Shown: one piece after another, positions 55,908 through 63,485 of the stretch | Numbering within the stretch: position 1 is the first letter of the stretch | Layout of the letters: the number at the start of each line of letters is the position of its first letter | NCBI GenBank assembly: GCA_014239265.1 | Contig: JAAZZH010000003.1 | Coordinates: 3,953 to 67,952, forward strand | Origin: Actinomycetota bacterium | GTDB lineage: Bacteria; Actinomycetota; Acidimicrobiia; Actinomarinales; Actinomarinaceae | Reading direction: 5' to 3' | DNA length: 64,000 nucleotides | Notes under the pieces: model-generated | Told to the model about the DNA's origin: nothing | Database searches by the model: none | Seen by the model: the letters and a program-made list of their open reading frames with translations, nothing else | Position numbers and translations under genes: made by a program

Positions 55908-57185
55908 TTAATTATTAATATGTATTGTTACGTCTTTTTTAGGAAAAGGGATGGGTGCCGGATTAATTATTAGCGGTTCAGTGGATGAAATCTCCTCAAT
56001 ATTAGAAACCAGCTTATATATGACATTCTTAAATAAATAACTAGCAAAGAATTTTCCAATACATGTATGTGCTCCTCCAGAAAATGGATAATAAGCCTCA
56101 TTTGGTTCATCTATATTTAAAAATCTCCTTGGATCACACTCTTGAGGATTATTAAAATATCGCTCATCATTGTGCAAAACTAACGGACCAATAGCTACAT
56201 AAGTTCCTGCATCTAATTCATAGTTGTCAACAACGGTATCTCTCATGACGTATCGTAAAGAGAAAGGGACAGGGGGGTACATTCGCATTGTCTCTGAGAA
56301 TAAAGATTCACCCTTGATACCATTTTTTAAATCTGAAGTATCAGTAAGTGACATCCCTTTTGCTTCCTCTCTTAACTCTTTATAAAAAGCTTTATCTGTA
56401 GAAAGGTGGTGAATAGCAGTAGTCAAGGTACTGGTTGTGGTGTCATGTGCAGCAAGAAGTAAAAATATCATATGCTCTGCAATCTCATAATTGCTTAAGC
56501 CAGCCTCATGTTTATTTGTTTTAACTAATTCAGCAAACAATGTATTTGACTCAGTATTTACATTTTTCGCCTTGTTTTCAAAATACTTCAGTAAAGACTG
56601 TCTCGCTTTAAGGCCTCTTCTTAATTTTGTAAAAGGAAGTGGAACTCTGACTACAGAGGTTGCAGATTTTATTGCATCTGTGAATAACTTCTCTAATTCT
56701 TTTTGTCGAGAGGTGTCAACTTCATCAAAAAATAATTGAAGTGAGATTTTGAACATCAACTCCTTCATAGCTGAATACAGATTAATTGCTTTACGTTCTT
56801 GAAGCTCTTCAATCCATGTGTCGAGTAGGGGTTGTACAATCTCTAAATAGTTAGCGAGAGCATCTCTCCTGAAAGAATCTTGAAGTAGGCCACGATGGAA
56901 CCTGTGGTCATCAAAATCTCTTAACATCAAACCATTTTCAAATGTTTTCCCTAAAGAAAACTCCCAACCATGTTTAGATGAAAAATTATCTTCAGCATCT
57001 AAAAAAATATGCTTAGTAGCACTAGGGGTCATAAACATGGTTACTCTTTTGTGCAAAATAGAGATCTCAAAAATGTCTCCATATTTTTCCTGAAGGTTTT
57101 TGACCATAGACAGAGCATTGTTGTTAAATTTTATAGAGTGACCAAAGAAAGGGTTTCCTTTATCTAAAGGGGGCTTAATCATCAT
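55908..57185 (-). CDS. Cytochrome P450
   Basis: Heme loop FSGGAHTCIGKFFA, I-helix LLAAHDTTTS, and the ExxR motif in ETMRMYPP. Confidence 0.88.
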   Translation of the reverse strand: MMIKPPLDKGNPFFGHSIKFNNNALSMVKNLQEKYGDIFEISILHKRVTMFMTPSATKHIFLDAEDNFSSKHGWEFSLGKTFENGLMLRDFDDHRFHRGLLQDSFRRDALANYLEIVQPLLDTWIEELQERKAINLYSAMKELMFKISLQLFFDEVDTSRQKELEKLFTDAIKSATSVVRVPLPFTKLRRGLKARQSLLKYFENKAKNVNTESNTLFAELVKTNKHEAGLSNYEIAEHMIFLLLAAHDTTTSTLTTAIHHLSTDKAFYKELREEAKGMSLTDTSDLKNGIKGESLFSETMRMYPPVPFSLRYVMRDTVVDNYELDAGTYVAIGPLVLHNDERYFNNPQECDPRRFLNIDEPNEAYYPFSGGAHTCIGKFFASYLFKNVIYKLVSNIEEISSTEPLIINPAPIPFPKKDVTIHINN

Positions 57186-57221
57186 ATATTTACAACTTTA
57201 AATAAATTAAGTCCAGAAAGC

Positions 57222-57304
57222 AAAAATCCCAGTTGATCTTGCGACCCTCCGGGATTTTCTACACTATTTCATTTTCGGTCTTGCGACTTCTTTTTCTTTA
57301 GTGT
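57222..57304 (-). ncRNA. Candidate ~83-nt small RNA / 5' leader, copy 1
   Basis: Minus strand: promoter TTGCCA-17-TAAATT (57339-57311). Then 6-bp outer stem ACACTA/TAGTGT enclosing GTC-GCAA-GAC. Then AAAATCCC-GGAG-GGTC-GCAA-GATC-AACT-GGGATTTTT (terminator). Confidence 0.4.
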
Positions 57305-57310
57305 TTAATA

Positions 57311-57339
57311 AATTTACCTAATAATGGTCAGTTTGGCAA
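57311..57339 (-). promoter_or_regulatory. Candidate sigma-A-type promoter of the sRNA-like module, copy 1
   Basis: TTGCCA (57339-57334), 17-nt spacer, TAAATT (57316-57311). The only two substitutions between R1 and R2 lie in this spacer. Confidence 0.35.
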
Positions 57340-57418
57340 GAAAATTGAGCTTGTTTTTTTCGCGAACTTTTATACATAATACTTATATTTTTTTAAGTTA
57401 TTTGAATAATATTCACTT

Positions 57419-57898
57419 ATGGAAGTACGGATTGTAACTAAAACTGACTGGTCTAAGGTAAGAGAAATTTATCAACTTGGAATTGATACAGGTGTTGCAA
57501 CATTTGAAACCTCTCCTCCTGTTGAATTTCAAACATGGATAAATAAAGTTGATAAAGAGAATGGGTTTGTATGTATCAAAAATGAGGAATTACTCGGTTG
57601 GGCAACATTAAGTAAAGTTTCATCAAGATGTGCTTATGAAGGGGTGGGTGAAGTTTCAATTTATGTAGATCCTAAATATCAGAAACAATTAGTTGGGGAA
57701 GCCCTCTATGAGACTCTTGAGCGTTCTGCTCTGAAAACTGGGTATTGGACTTTACAAGCACAGCTATTTACACAGAATGTTGCTTCAAAGGCTTTTTTTG
57801 AAAAACATGGTTTTAGAGAAGTTGGCATAAGAAAAAAGATTGGTCAGCTTAATGGTGAGTGGGTAGATAATTATCTGTTTGAGAAAAACTTCAACTAA
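57419..57898 (+). CDS. GNAT N-acetyltransferase of the phosphinothricin/methionine-sulfoximine acetyltransferase (PAT/MddA) type
   Basis: IYQLGIDTGVATFET, GWATLSKVSSRCAYEGVGEVSIYV, N..S..FFEKHGF and G.....W.D pattern typical of PAT-family GNATs. Confidence 0.78.
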   Translation: MEVRIVTKTDWSKVREIYQLGIDTGVATFETSPPVEFQTWINKVDKENGFVCIKNEELLGWATLSKVSSRCAYEGVGEVSIYVDPKYQKQLVGEALYETLERSALKTGYWTLQAQLFTQNVASKAFFEKHGFREVGIRKKIGQLNGEWVDNYLFEKNFN

Positions 57899-58053
57899 AA
57901 GCAAAAATCCCAGTTGATCTTGCGACCCTCCGGGATTTTCTACACTATTTCATTTTCGGTCTTGCGACTTCTTTTTCTTTAGTGTTTAATAAATTTACCT
58001 AACAATGGTGAGTTTGGCAAGAAAATCATTAATCTATTTTTCGCGAACATTTT
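57898..58053. repeat. Direct repeat copy 2 (R2) of the ~156-bp module
   Basis: See R1. Starts at the last base of the PAT stop codon and ends within the stop codon of the 58052-58525 ORF. Confidence 0.92.
57903..57985 (-). ncRNA. Candidate ~83-nt small RNA, copy 2 (transcribed part identical to copy 1)
   Basis: Same promoter (58020-57992), hairpins and terminator as copy 1. Points into the 3' end of the PAT gene (antisense). Confidence 0.4.
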
Positions 58054-58525
58054 AGATATTTAATTCATTTAGTAGGCTCTCTAACTCGTCTGCCTCAATG
58101 TTTTCGACAAATACAGAATAGGTCTCATCATTAAATGTAAATTTAACATAGTCTTCATGCAGAACTGCTTCCTGCAGGTCTTGTATGTCTTTAATAACTG
58201 TAAGAAGTTTTTCAGAAGTTCTCATTGCTATTTTATGTTCTGATATTTCAAGAACTGGCTGAAAAATACTTTGTACAGCAGTAAAGAGTTGGAAACCCCC
58301 AACGAGTAAAATGAGATAGTATAGAACTTCCTCACGGATGTTTGACCCAAATTCATTCAGTGAAATATAATTTTTTAAAAAATTCCTAAAAGGGCCATTA
58401 AAAATATTATCAATAGACACATAAGTAAGAGAAAAGCCAGTAAGAAGTATCGGCAGCATCTTCTGCGGTGATCTATAAAGTTTTCTGTTCATTATTTTAT
58501 TTCTTTTCCTATCAGAATAACTCAA
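58052..58525 (-). CDS. Hypothetical membrane protein
   Basis: Basic N-terminus, two TM segments and an acidic C-terminal domain. The start codon is ambiguous (several ATGs). Confidence 0.4.
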   Translation of the reverse strand: MSYSDRKRNKIMNRKLYRSPQKMLPILLTGFSLTYVSIDNIFNGPFRNFLKNYISLNEFGSNIREEVLYYLILLVGGFQLFTAVQSIFQPVLEISEHKIAMRTSEKLLTVIKDIQDLQEAVLHEDYVKFTFNDETYSVFVENIEADELESLLNELNI

Positions 58526-58526
58526 T

Positions 58527-59240
58527 TTGGCTATTGTTTTTGTAATGGAAATTGTACTTATAAGACATGGTCAACCAGAGTGGTTAAAAAATGATCAATA
58601 TAATCTCGATCCTGGTTTAACTGAAAAAGGAACTAAGCAGGCTCTACTATCTTCTAGTATTTTTACTAAGGGGGAAGTTGATAAAATATGGGTATCCCCA
58701 CTTTTACGCGCCCAACAAACTCTTGCGCCGTTTAAAGAAGCCGGTATAGCTGAAGATATTAGTGTTCACGACTGGCTGCAGGAAATGCGAGACAATGAAG
58801 AAGTAGACCTCGTTGGTAAGTCAAATAAAGAAATTGAAGAATTTTTCATTGAGCGTAATAGTAGGTCTTTTGAGGAATGGTTGGTCAGCAATCATGGTGA
58901 GTATATGAAAACTTTTAGTGAAAATATAATTACAAAGCTTGGTGAAAATCTTTCAGAGCTTGGAATAGTCAGTATTGACAGCAGATATGATAGACTTTTT
59001 AATCTTGAAAAGAATGAGACAGAAAAACTCATGATTATCTCTCATGCGGGAACAATGTCTGTACTTATTTCTTATTTTTTAAATGTGCCTTTGTATCCAT
59101 GGACGTGGAGACAGTTTCTACCAAGACATGCGGGTCATACAATTTTGAAATCTACAAAAATTTCATCAGGTCATTTCTTCAGATTAAAAGAATTCAATAA
59201 TGTATCTTTTATGGATGGGGACGAACTTAAAACTTACTAG
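58527..59240 (+). CDS. Histidine phosphatase (phosphoglycerate-mutase-like) family protein
   Basis: LIRHGQPEW (RHG motif) and ISHAGT. The tracked TTG start may be replaced by the ATG six codons downstream (MEIVLIRHG). Confidence 0.75.
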   Translation: MAIVFVMEIVLIRHGQPEWLKNDQYNLDPGLTEKGTKQALLSSSIFTKGEVDKIWVSPLLRAQQTLAPFKEAGIAEDISVHDWLQEMRDNEEVDLVGKSNKEIEEFFIERNSRSFEEWLVSNHGEYMKTFSENIITKLGENLSELGIVSIDSRYDRLFNLEKNETEKLMIISHAGTMSVLISYFLNVPLYPWTWRQFLPRHAGHTILKSTKISSGHFFRLKEFNNVSFMDGDELKTY

Positions 59241-59241
59241 T

Positions 59242-60225
59242 TTAATTATTAATAATTTCCTTAGTAACAGGACTAACACCTAAGCCGCCAATCATATAAC
59301 CAAAAAGTAGTGGCACGGTAACAAGTCCCCCTAGACCATAGAATCTCCAAACCATCTCTTGCTCAAAGTAAATACTTGCAGCAAATAGGTAAAGAACGAA
59401 AAGGAGACCATAAGAGCCTGCAACTAGAGAAGTAGCTATTTGCATTTTTTGTTTACTTTCTGAGTTGTAATACCAATTAGTGATTCGAGAAGCTAAATAA
59501 CCAAATAATACTCCCCAAAATATTTTTGCAGCCATAAGTTCTAGATCACCAAGTACAGAGTGGAAAGATAGATATAAAAATGACATGGTGTACATCATGA
59601 ATATTTGATTTTTAGTAGGTTTAAATCTAATGATGAAAACGAATATCAGACTTGCTAGTAATGCCTGGAAAAATAATGAACCTGCTGCAAGTTCTTCAAT
59701 CCCGTACCAAAAGAATTCTCCAACATTCAGGTAAGGGTGTAGAAACTGTGTAATAAATGTAATCAAACTAAAAGCAGCACCGACTGTAATTACAGCAGGA
59801 GTATCTAGGCTTTCTTTATTTGGTCTAGAAGCAAATACGTAGGCCAACATCAAAAAAGCACCGAGAAAAAGCATTAGGTGGGATGGAGACACTAATGGTT
59901 CAACTCCCTGTTCTATTCCAAGAAAGGTATGCCAAAGCAAATCGAGTCCACCACCAATTCCAAAAATAACTGCACCCAAAACACCAATGTCTATTCTGTA
60001 ATCTTTTATTGAATTTTTAATATACATTGTGGAAAGTACAGAAAACGCATATCCGGAATACAACACAGCATGCCATGGCGTAAAAAAAGTTTCTAAATCT
60101 CCATTGAGGTAACTGTGAGCGCTTGCATCAATCCATGTTCCTATAAGGAACCAGCTCATAGAAAAAATCATTAAGTTTCTGTGTTTTGAGTTGTTTATTG
60201 GTACGGGTGCTAATTTATCAAACAT
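59242..60225 (-). CDS. Polytopic membrane protein of unknown function
   Basis: About 9 TM with several conserved-looking His at helix ends. No family recognised. Confidence 0.45.
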   Translation of the reverse strand: MFDKLAPVPINNSKHRNLMIFSMSWFLIGTWIDASAHSYLNGDLETFFTPWHAVLYSGYAFSVLSTMYIKNSIKDYRIDIGVLGAVIFGIGGGLDLLWHTFLGIEQGVEPLVSPSHLMLFLGAFLMLAYVFASRPNKESLDTPAVITVGAAFSLITFITQFLHPYLNVGEFFWYGIEELAAGSLFFQALLASLIFVFIIRFKPTKNQIFMMYTMSFLYLSFHSVLGDLELMAAKIFWGVLFGYLASRITNWYYNSESKQKMQIATSLVAGSYGLLFVLYLFAASIYFEQEMVWRFYGLGGLVTVPLLFGYMIGGLGVSPVTKEIINN

Positions 60226-60248
60226 TTTTATATTTTCTATATTATTAG

Positions 60249-61439
60249 ATGGTAATACAAATAACTAGCATGAAACACTTTAAAAGAACTTTAACCTTGC
60301 GCAACTCAATCTTTTTGGGATTGAGTTCAATGATTGGTGCCGGTTTATTTATAAATATTGCACCTGCAGCAATTATTTCTTCTTATTCTTTATTGTTTGG
60401 GTTACTAGTTGCTAGTACTTTAGCATTCTCGAATGCTAGCTCTTCTGCACAGCTCGCAAGACTCTATCCCAAGACAGGTGGTACCTATGCATATGCCAGA
60501 AAAGTTTTAGGGAACTCTAGCTCACTTATTGCGGGTACAACTTTTATCATTGGTAAAATTATTAGCTCCATTGCTATAGCTTTAACTTTTGGACACTATT
60601 TATATCCATCATCACACAAGATTGCAGGTATAACTTTAGTTTTTATTGTTGGTACTGTTAGTTATTTTGGTGCAGCGAAGACTGCCTCTGTTGCAAAATG
60701 GTTTGTCTATTCTGTATTGGGTATTCTTCTGTTCTACATTTTTTCTGTAGTTTCTTCAGATAATTTTAATTTTGTTATCCCTATTACAAAAGGATTAACA
60801 TTTGAGTCATTACTTTTAAGCAGTAGTATTTGGTTTTTTGCATTTACTGGTTATTCTCGCTTGGCAACATTTGGTGAGGAAGTCGAGAATCCAGAAAAAA
60901 TTATTCCAAAAGCAATTCTTACGGGTCTTGGGATAACTGTATCGATATACTTCTTAACTACTTATGTCACATTGGGAATTATTAATCCGGACATAATTCA
61001 AAACTCTTTAACCCCGCTTAAAGTTGCTTTTGATATATCACGATTTTCTAATTTTTCATTTCTAATTTCCATAGCCTCAACAATTGCAACAGCTTCCGTG
61101 CTGCTAGCACTCATACCGGGGATAAGCAGAGTGGTTGTTGCCATGTCTAGAGATAACTATCTACCTAACTCTCTTAGTAGTATCCACAGTAAATATAACT
61201 CAGCTTATATTGCAGATATTCTTGTCTCTATTGTTGTAGTGGTTGGAATATTGTATTTTGATGTAGTTGAAGCAATAAAACTAAGCTCTTTCTTTGTTCT
61301 CTTGTATTATTCAATTACAAACTATTCTGTAATCAAAATTGAAGAATCTAAAAGACTTTACCCTGTGATAACTGCATATTTTGGACTTTTTGGATGCTTA
61401 TTGCTTGCATCCTCACTTTTTATAAATTTGATTAAATAA
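60249..61439 (+). CDS. APC-superfamily amino acid/polyamine permease
   Basis: SMIGAGLF N-terminal motif and 11-12 TM. Confidence 0.75.
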   Translation: MVIQITSMKHFKRTLTLRNSIFLGLSSMIGAGLFINIAPAAIISSYSLLFGLLVASTLAFSNASSSAQLARLYPKTGGTYAYARKVLGNSSSLIAGTTFIIGKIISSIAIALTFGHYLYPSSHKIAGITLVFIVGTVSYFGAAKTASVAKWFVYSVLGILLFYIFSVVSSDNFNFVIPITKGLTFESLLLSSSIWFFAFTGYSRLATFGEEVENPEKIIPKAILTGLGITVSIYFLTTYVTLGIINPDIIQNSLTPLKVAFDISRFSNFSFLISIASTIATASVLLALIPGISRVVVAMSRDNYLPNSLSSIHSKYNSAYIADILVSIVVVVGILYFDVVEAIKLSSFFVLLYYSITNYSVIKIEESKRLYPVITAYFGLFGCLLLASSLFINLIK

Positions 61440-61441
61440 CT

Positions 61442-61472
61442 TCACAATAAATAAAGTTTGTGATTTTTTTTT
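61442..61472 (+). terminator. Rho-independent terminator of the permease gene
   Basis: TCACAA-taaataaagt-TTGTGA followed by nine T. Weak AT-rich stem. Confidence 0.5.
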
Positions 61473-61496
61473 CACAAATAAATTATTCTTGTGAAA

Positions 61497-61871
61497 TTAG
61501 TGTTGTTTAGAGTTGGTTAGCTTGATGATAGCTCTACCTTCATCAGGTCCTCGCATCATCATCTTTGCCATAAGACCATATTTCTTAGTTATTGCTTTTA
61601 TACCATTCTGCTTCTCTACTTGGTCTTCAACAATTGTTGCATAGAGGTCTAAGTCCTCTGAAAGTTTTTGTGAGCCTGACTGATTAGTTTCGTGAATCGT
61701 TGCTTTCCCATTATTTCTAATTCGCTTAACTTTTCCGGAGACCTTACCTGTTGTCACATATAAGGCATCCTCGATCCCAACAACCCAAACAGCTGTCGAT
61801 ACTGGAGTGTTGTCTCGCCTGTAGGTAATTAGGTTAATGTACTGAACAGTTGAAAAATCAGTTAATTTCAT
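61497..61871 (-). CDS. PPOX-class (pyridoxamine-5'-phosphate-oxidase-fold) probable F420-dependent enzyme
   Basis: Split-barrel pattern YINLITYRRDNTPVSTAVWVV...ALYVTTGKVSGKVKRIRNN typical of actinobacterial PPOX-class proteins. Confidence 0.6.
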   Translation of the reverse strand: MKLTDFSTVQYINLITYRRDNTPVSTAVWVVGIEDALYVTTGKVSGKVKRIRNNGKATIHETNQSGSQKLSEDLDLYATIVEDQVEKQNGIKAITKKYGLMAKMMMRGPDEGRAIIKLTNSKQH

Positions 61872-61885
61872 AAGACAACCATAGG

Positions 61886-62011
61886 TTAAAAATTATTTAA
61901 TAGTAGCTCAGGTAGCTGAACGAGTCTTCTTGCCAGATAACCATCGGATACAAATAAGTAAATAATGAATATTGCAGTTATGATTATCCTCATCAAGATT
62001 CTGTTATTCAT
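61886..62011 (-). CDS. Candidate 41-aa single-TM micro-protein, not in the ORF track
   Basis: MNNRILMRIIITAIFIIYLFVSDGYLARRLVQLPELLLNNF. Fits the 150-nt gap on the same strand, 10 nt after the acyltransferase stop and 14 nt before the next start. Confidence 0.3.
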   Translation of the reverse strand: MNNRILMRIIITAIFIIYLFVSDGYLARRLVQLPELLLNNF

Positions 62012-62021
62012 AAATAGCTCT

Positions 62022-63095
62022 CTATTTATTTCTAAGTCCAAAAAGTGGTCTCAGAAATTTTATATTTTTAATGGCATGGTAAATCGTCAAGCTTAAAAAA
62101 ACTATTAAGAATAGAACTAGAGGGAATTTAATAATTGGATGGATATTTACGCCTGCAAAGTAAGACATTAATGCCATCTGGACGGGTAGGTGTACGATAT
62201 AAACCGGATAAACAGCTGTCTTGTAGTAGGTGAGCTGAGGTGAATTTGTATTTAAATAGGTCGCGCCCAATCCGAGCATTGCGAGTATAAAATTAAATGA
62301 CTCAAATGCAATTAAGCGATTATCAAGAGCTAGGCCACTTTCAAAACTATTTATTAATCTATAAAAATACAAACTAAATCCTAAAAATAGATGTATTTTC
62401 CAATTTCTTTTATTTGAATTCCAGAAACTATCACCCTGAGAAACAAGGACAATACCCATAAAAAACCATATAAATCCCAAGACAAAACCATGACTGGTAT
62501 TTGCGTATGAAGCATAGTCTATATTGTTGAACAAATGTCCCTCTAAAATTACTGGGATAGAAAACACAAATACTCCAGCAGGTTTGTCTAAAAGCTTTGA
62601 AATAATATTTACTTTTGAATCTTTATTTGAAATTAGATTCAGTAAAGGAATAAGCACCAAGCAGTAAAAAAGAATATTTTTTAAAAACCATAGATGAATG
62701 CCATCAAAAATTGTATACATGCCTATCCAAAGATATTCATCCGACCACCCCTCATAATAAGTTGCAGCTATTGCGACAGAGGCAGCTCCAAAGGTAAGCG
62801 ATCCAAAAATATAAGGAAGCCCCAACATTTTTAATCTTTCTTTTAAGATTTGAGATTTACCTCTTTTTTGAAAAGATAAACGGAGGGCAATTCCAGCTAT
62901 CAAAAAAACAAGGGGAATTCTCCAGGTGTTCAGAAAGCTGAGAATAATCCATAAACTATCTGTGACTCGTTTGTTTTGAACAAATGCGATATATGGAGCA
63001 ATAGAAGTAAAAGAAATTCCAAGGTGATAAAAAATAAGTAAGAACATTGCAATAGATCTCAATGCATCAATATCATATCTTCTTTGGCTAGGCAT
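62022..63095 (-). CDS. Acyltransferase-3 family integral membrane O-acyltransferase
   Basis: N-terminal RRYDIDALRSIAMFLLIFYHL motif and 10 TM. Confidence 0.7.
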   Translation of the reverse strand: MPSQRRYDIDALRSIAMFLLIFYHLGISFTSIAPYIAFVQNKRVTDSLWIILSFLNTWRIPLVFLIAGIALRLSFQKRGKSQILKERLKMLGLPYIFGSLTFGAASVAIAATYYEGWSDEYLWIGMYTIFDGIHLWFLKNILFYCLVLIPLLNLISNKDSKVNIISKLLDKPAGVFVFSIPVILEGHLFNNIDYASYANTSHGFVLGFIWFFMGIVLVSQGDSFWNSNKRNWKIHLFLGFSLYFYRLINSFESGLALDNRLIAFESFNFILAMLGLGATYLNTNSPQLTYYKTAVYPVYIVHLPVQMALMSYFAGVNIHPIIKFPLVLFLIVFLSLTIYHAIKNIKFLRPLFGLRNK

Positions 63096-63126
63096 ATAAG
63101 CGTATTCTATTGAGTTTTATATTTTA

Positions 63127-63483
63127 CTAATCGGCATACTTTTCGGCACCGGCAAAATGGATTGATACATAATCTTCATCTCCAACAACCCAACTATCAT
63201 GTGGTTTTTGTGAAACATAAAAAAGATCTCCTGCTGTAATTTCCCTCACGGGTTCACCTTCAATTGCAACTGTTGCAGTGCCTGAAATAACCATTCCTAA
63301 ATGTTCCGTCTCACAAAATTCTGTGCCTGAGAGTGGAGAGACGTCCACAGACCATTTCCACCCTTTGTAATAAGTAGCTTTACCTATCGTCATGCCGGGT
63401 AAGTTAATGACTTCGTATTTTCCTTTATCGAATTCTCTGACTTCATCAGGGTTGTCAAACCTTTTTATTATGTAATCATCCAT
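63127..63483 (-). CDS. Cupin-domain protein
   Basis: 118 aa with a beta-barrel pattern: TEHLGMVISGTATVAIEGEP...AGDLFYV. Confidence 0.6.
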   Translation of the reverse strand: MDDYIIKRFDNPDEVREFDKGKYEVINLPGMTIGKATYYKGWKWSVDVSPLSGTEFCETEHLGMVISGTATVAIEGEPVREITAGDLFYVSQKPHDSWVVGDEDYVSIHFAGAEKYAD

Positions 63484-63485
63484 TT

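Larger units (their letters stand above)
57217..57372. repeat. Direct repeat copy 1 (R1) of a ~156-bp intergenic module
   Basis: 57217-57345 matches 57898-58026 at 127/129 positions (offset exactly 681). After a 10-nt variable patch, TTTTTTCGCGAAC realigns in the same register. Confidence 0.92.

Noticed and set aside
57217-58053. R-pat-R as a composite transposon, IS element or MITE pair.
   Set aside because: The repeats are direct, not inverted. I saw no terminal inverted repeats or target-site duplications, and no transposase or integrase ORF exists in or near the unit.
61470-61496. Second hairpin TTTCACAA-N11-TTGTGAAA abutting the PPOX-class gene stop, as its rho-independent terminator.
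   Set aside because: On the minus-strand transcript it is followed by an A-run rather than a U-run. The stem is AT-rich and short. It may only contribute to a bidirectional structure with the 61442-61472 terminator.
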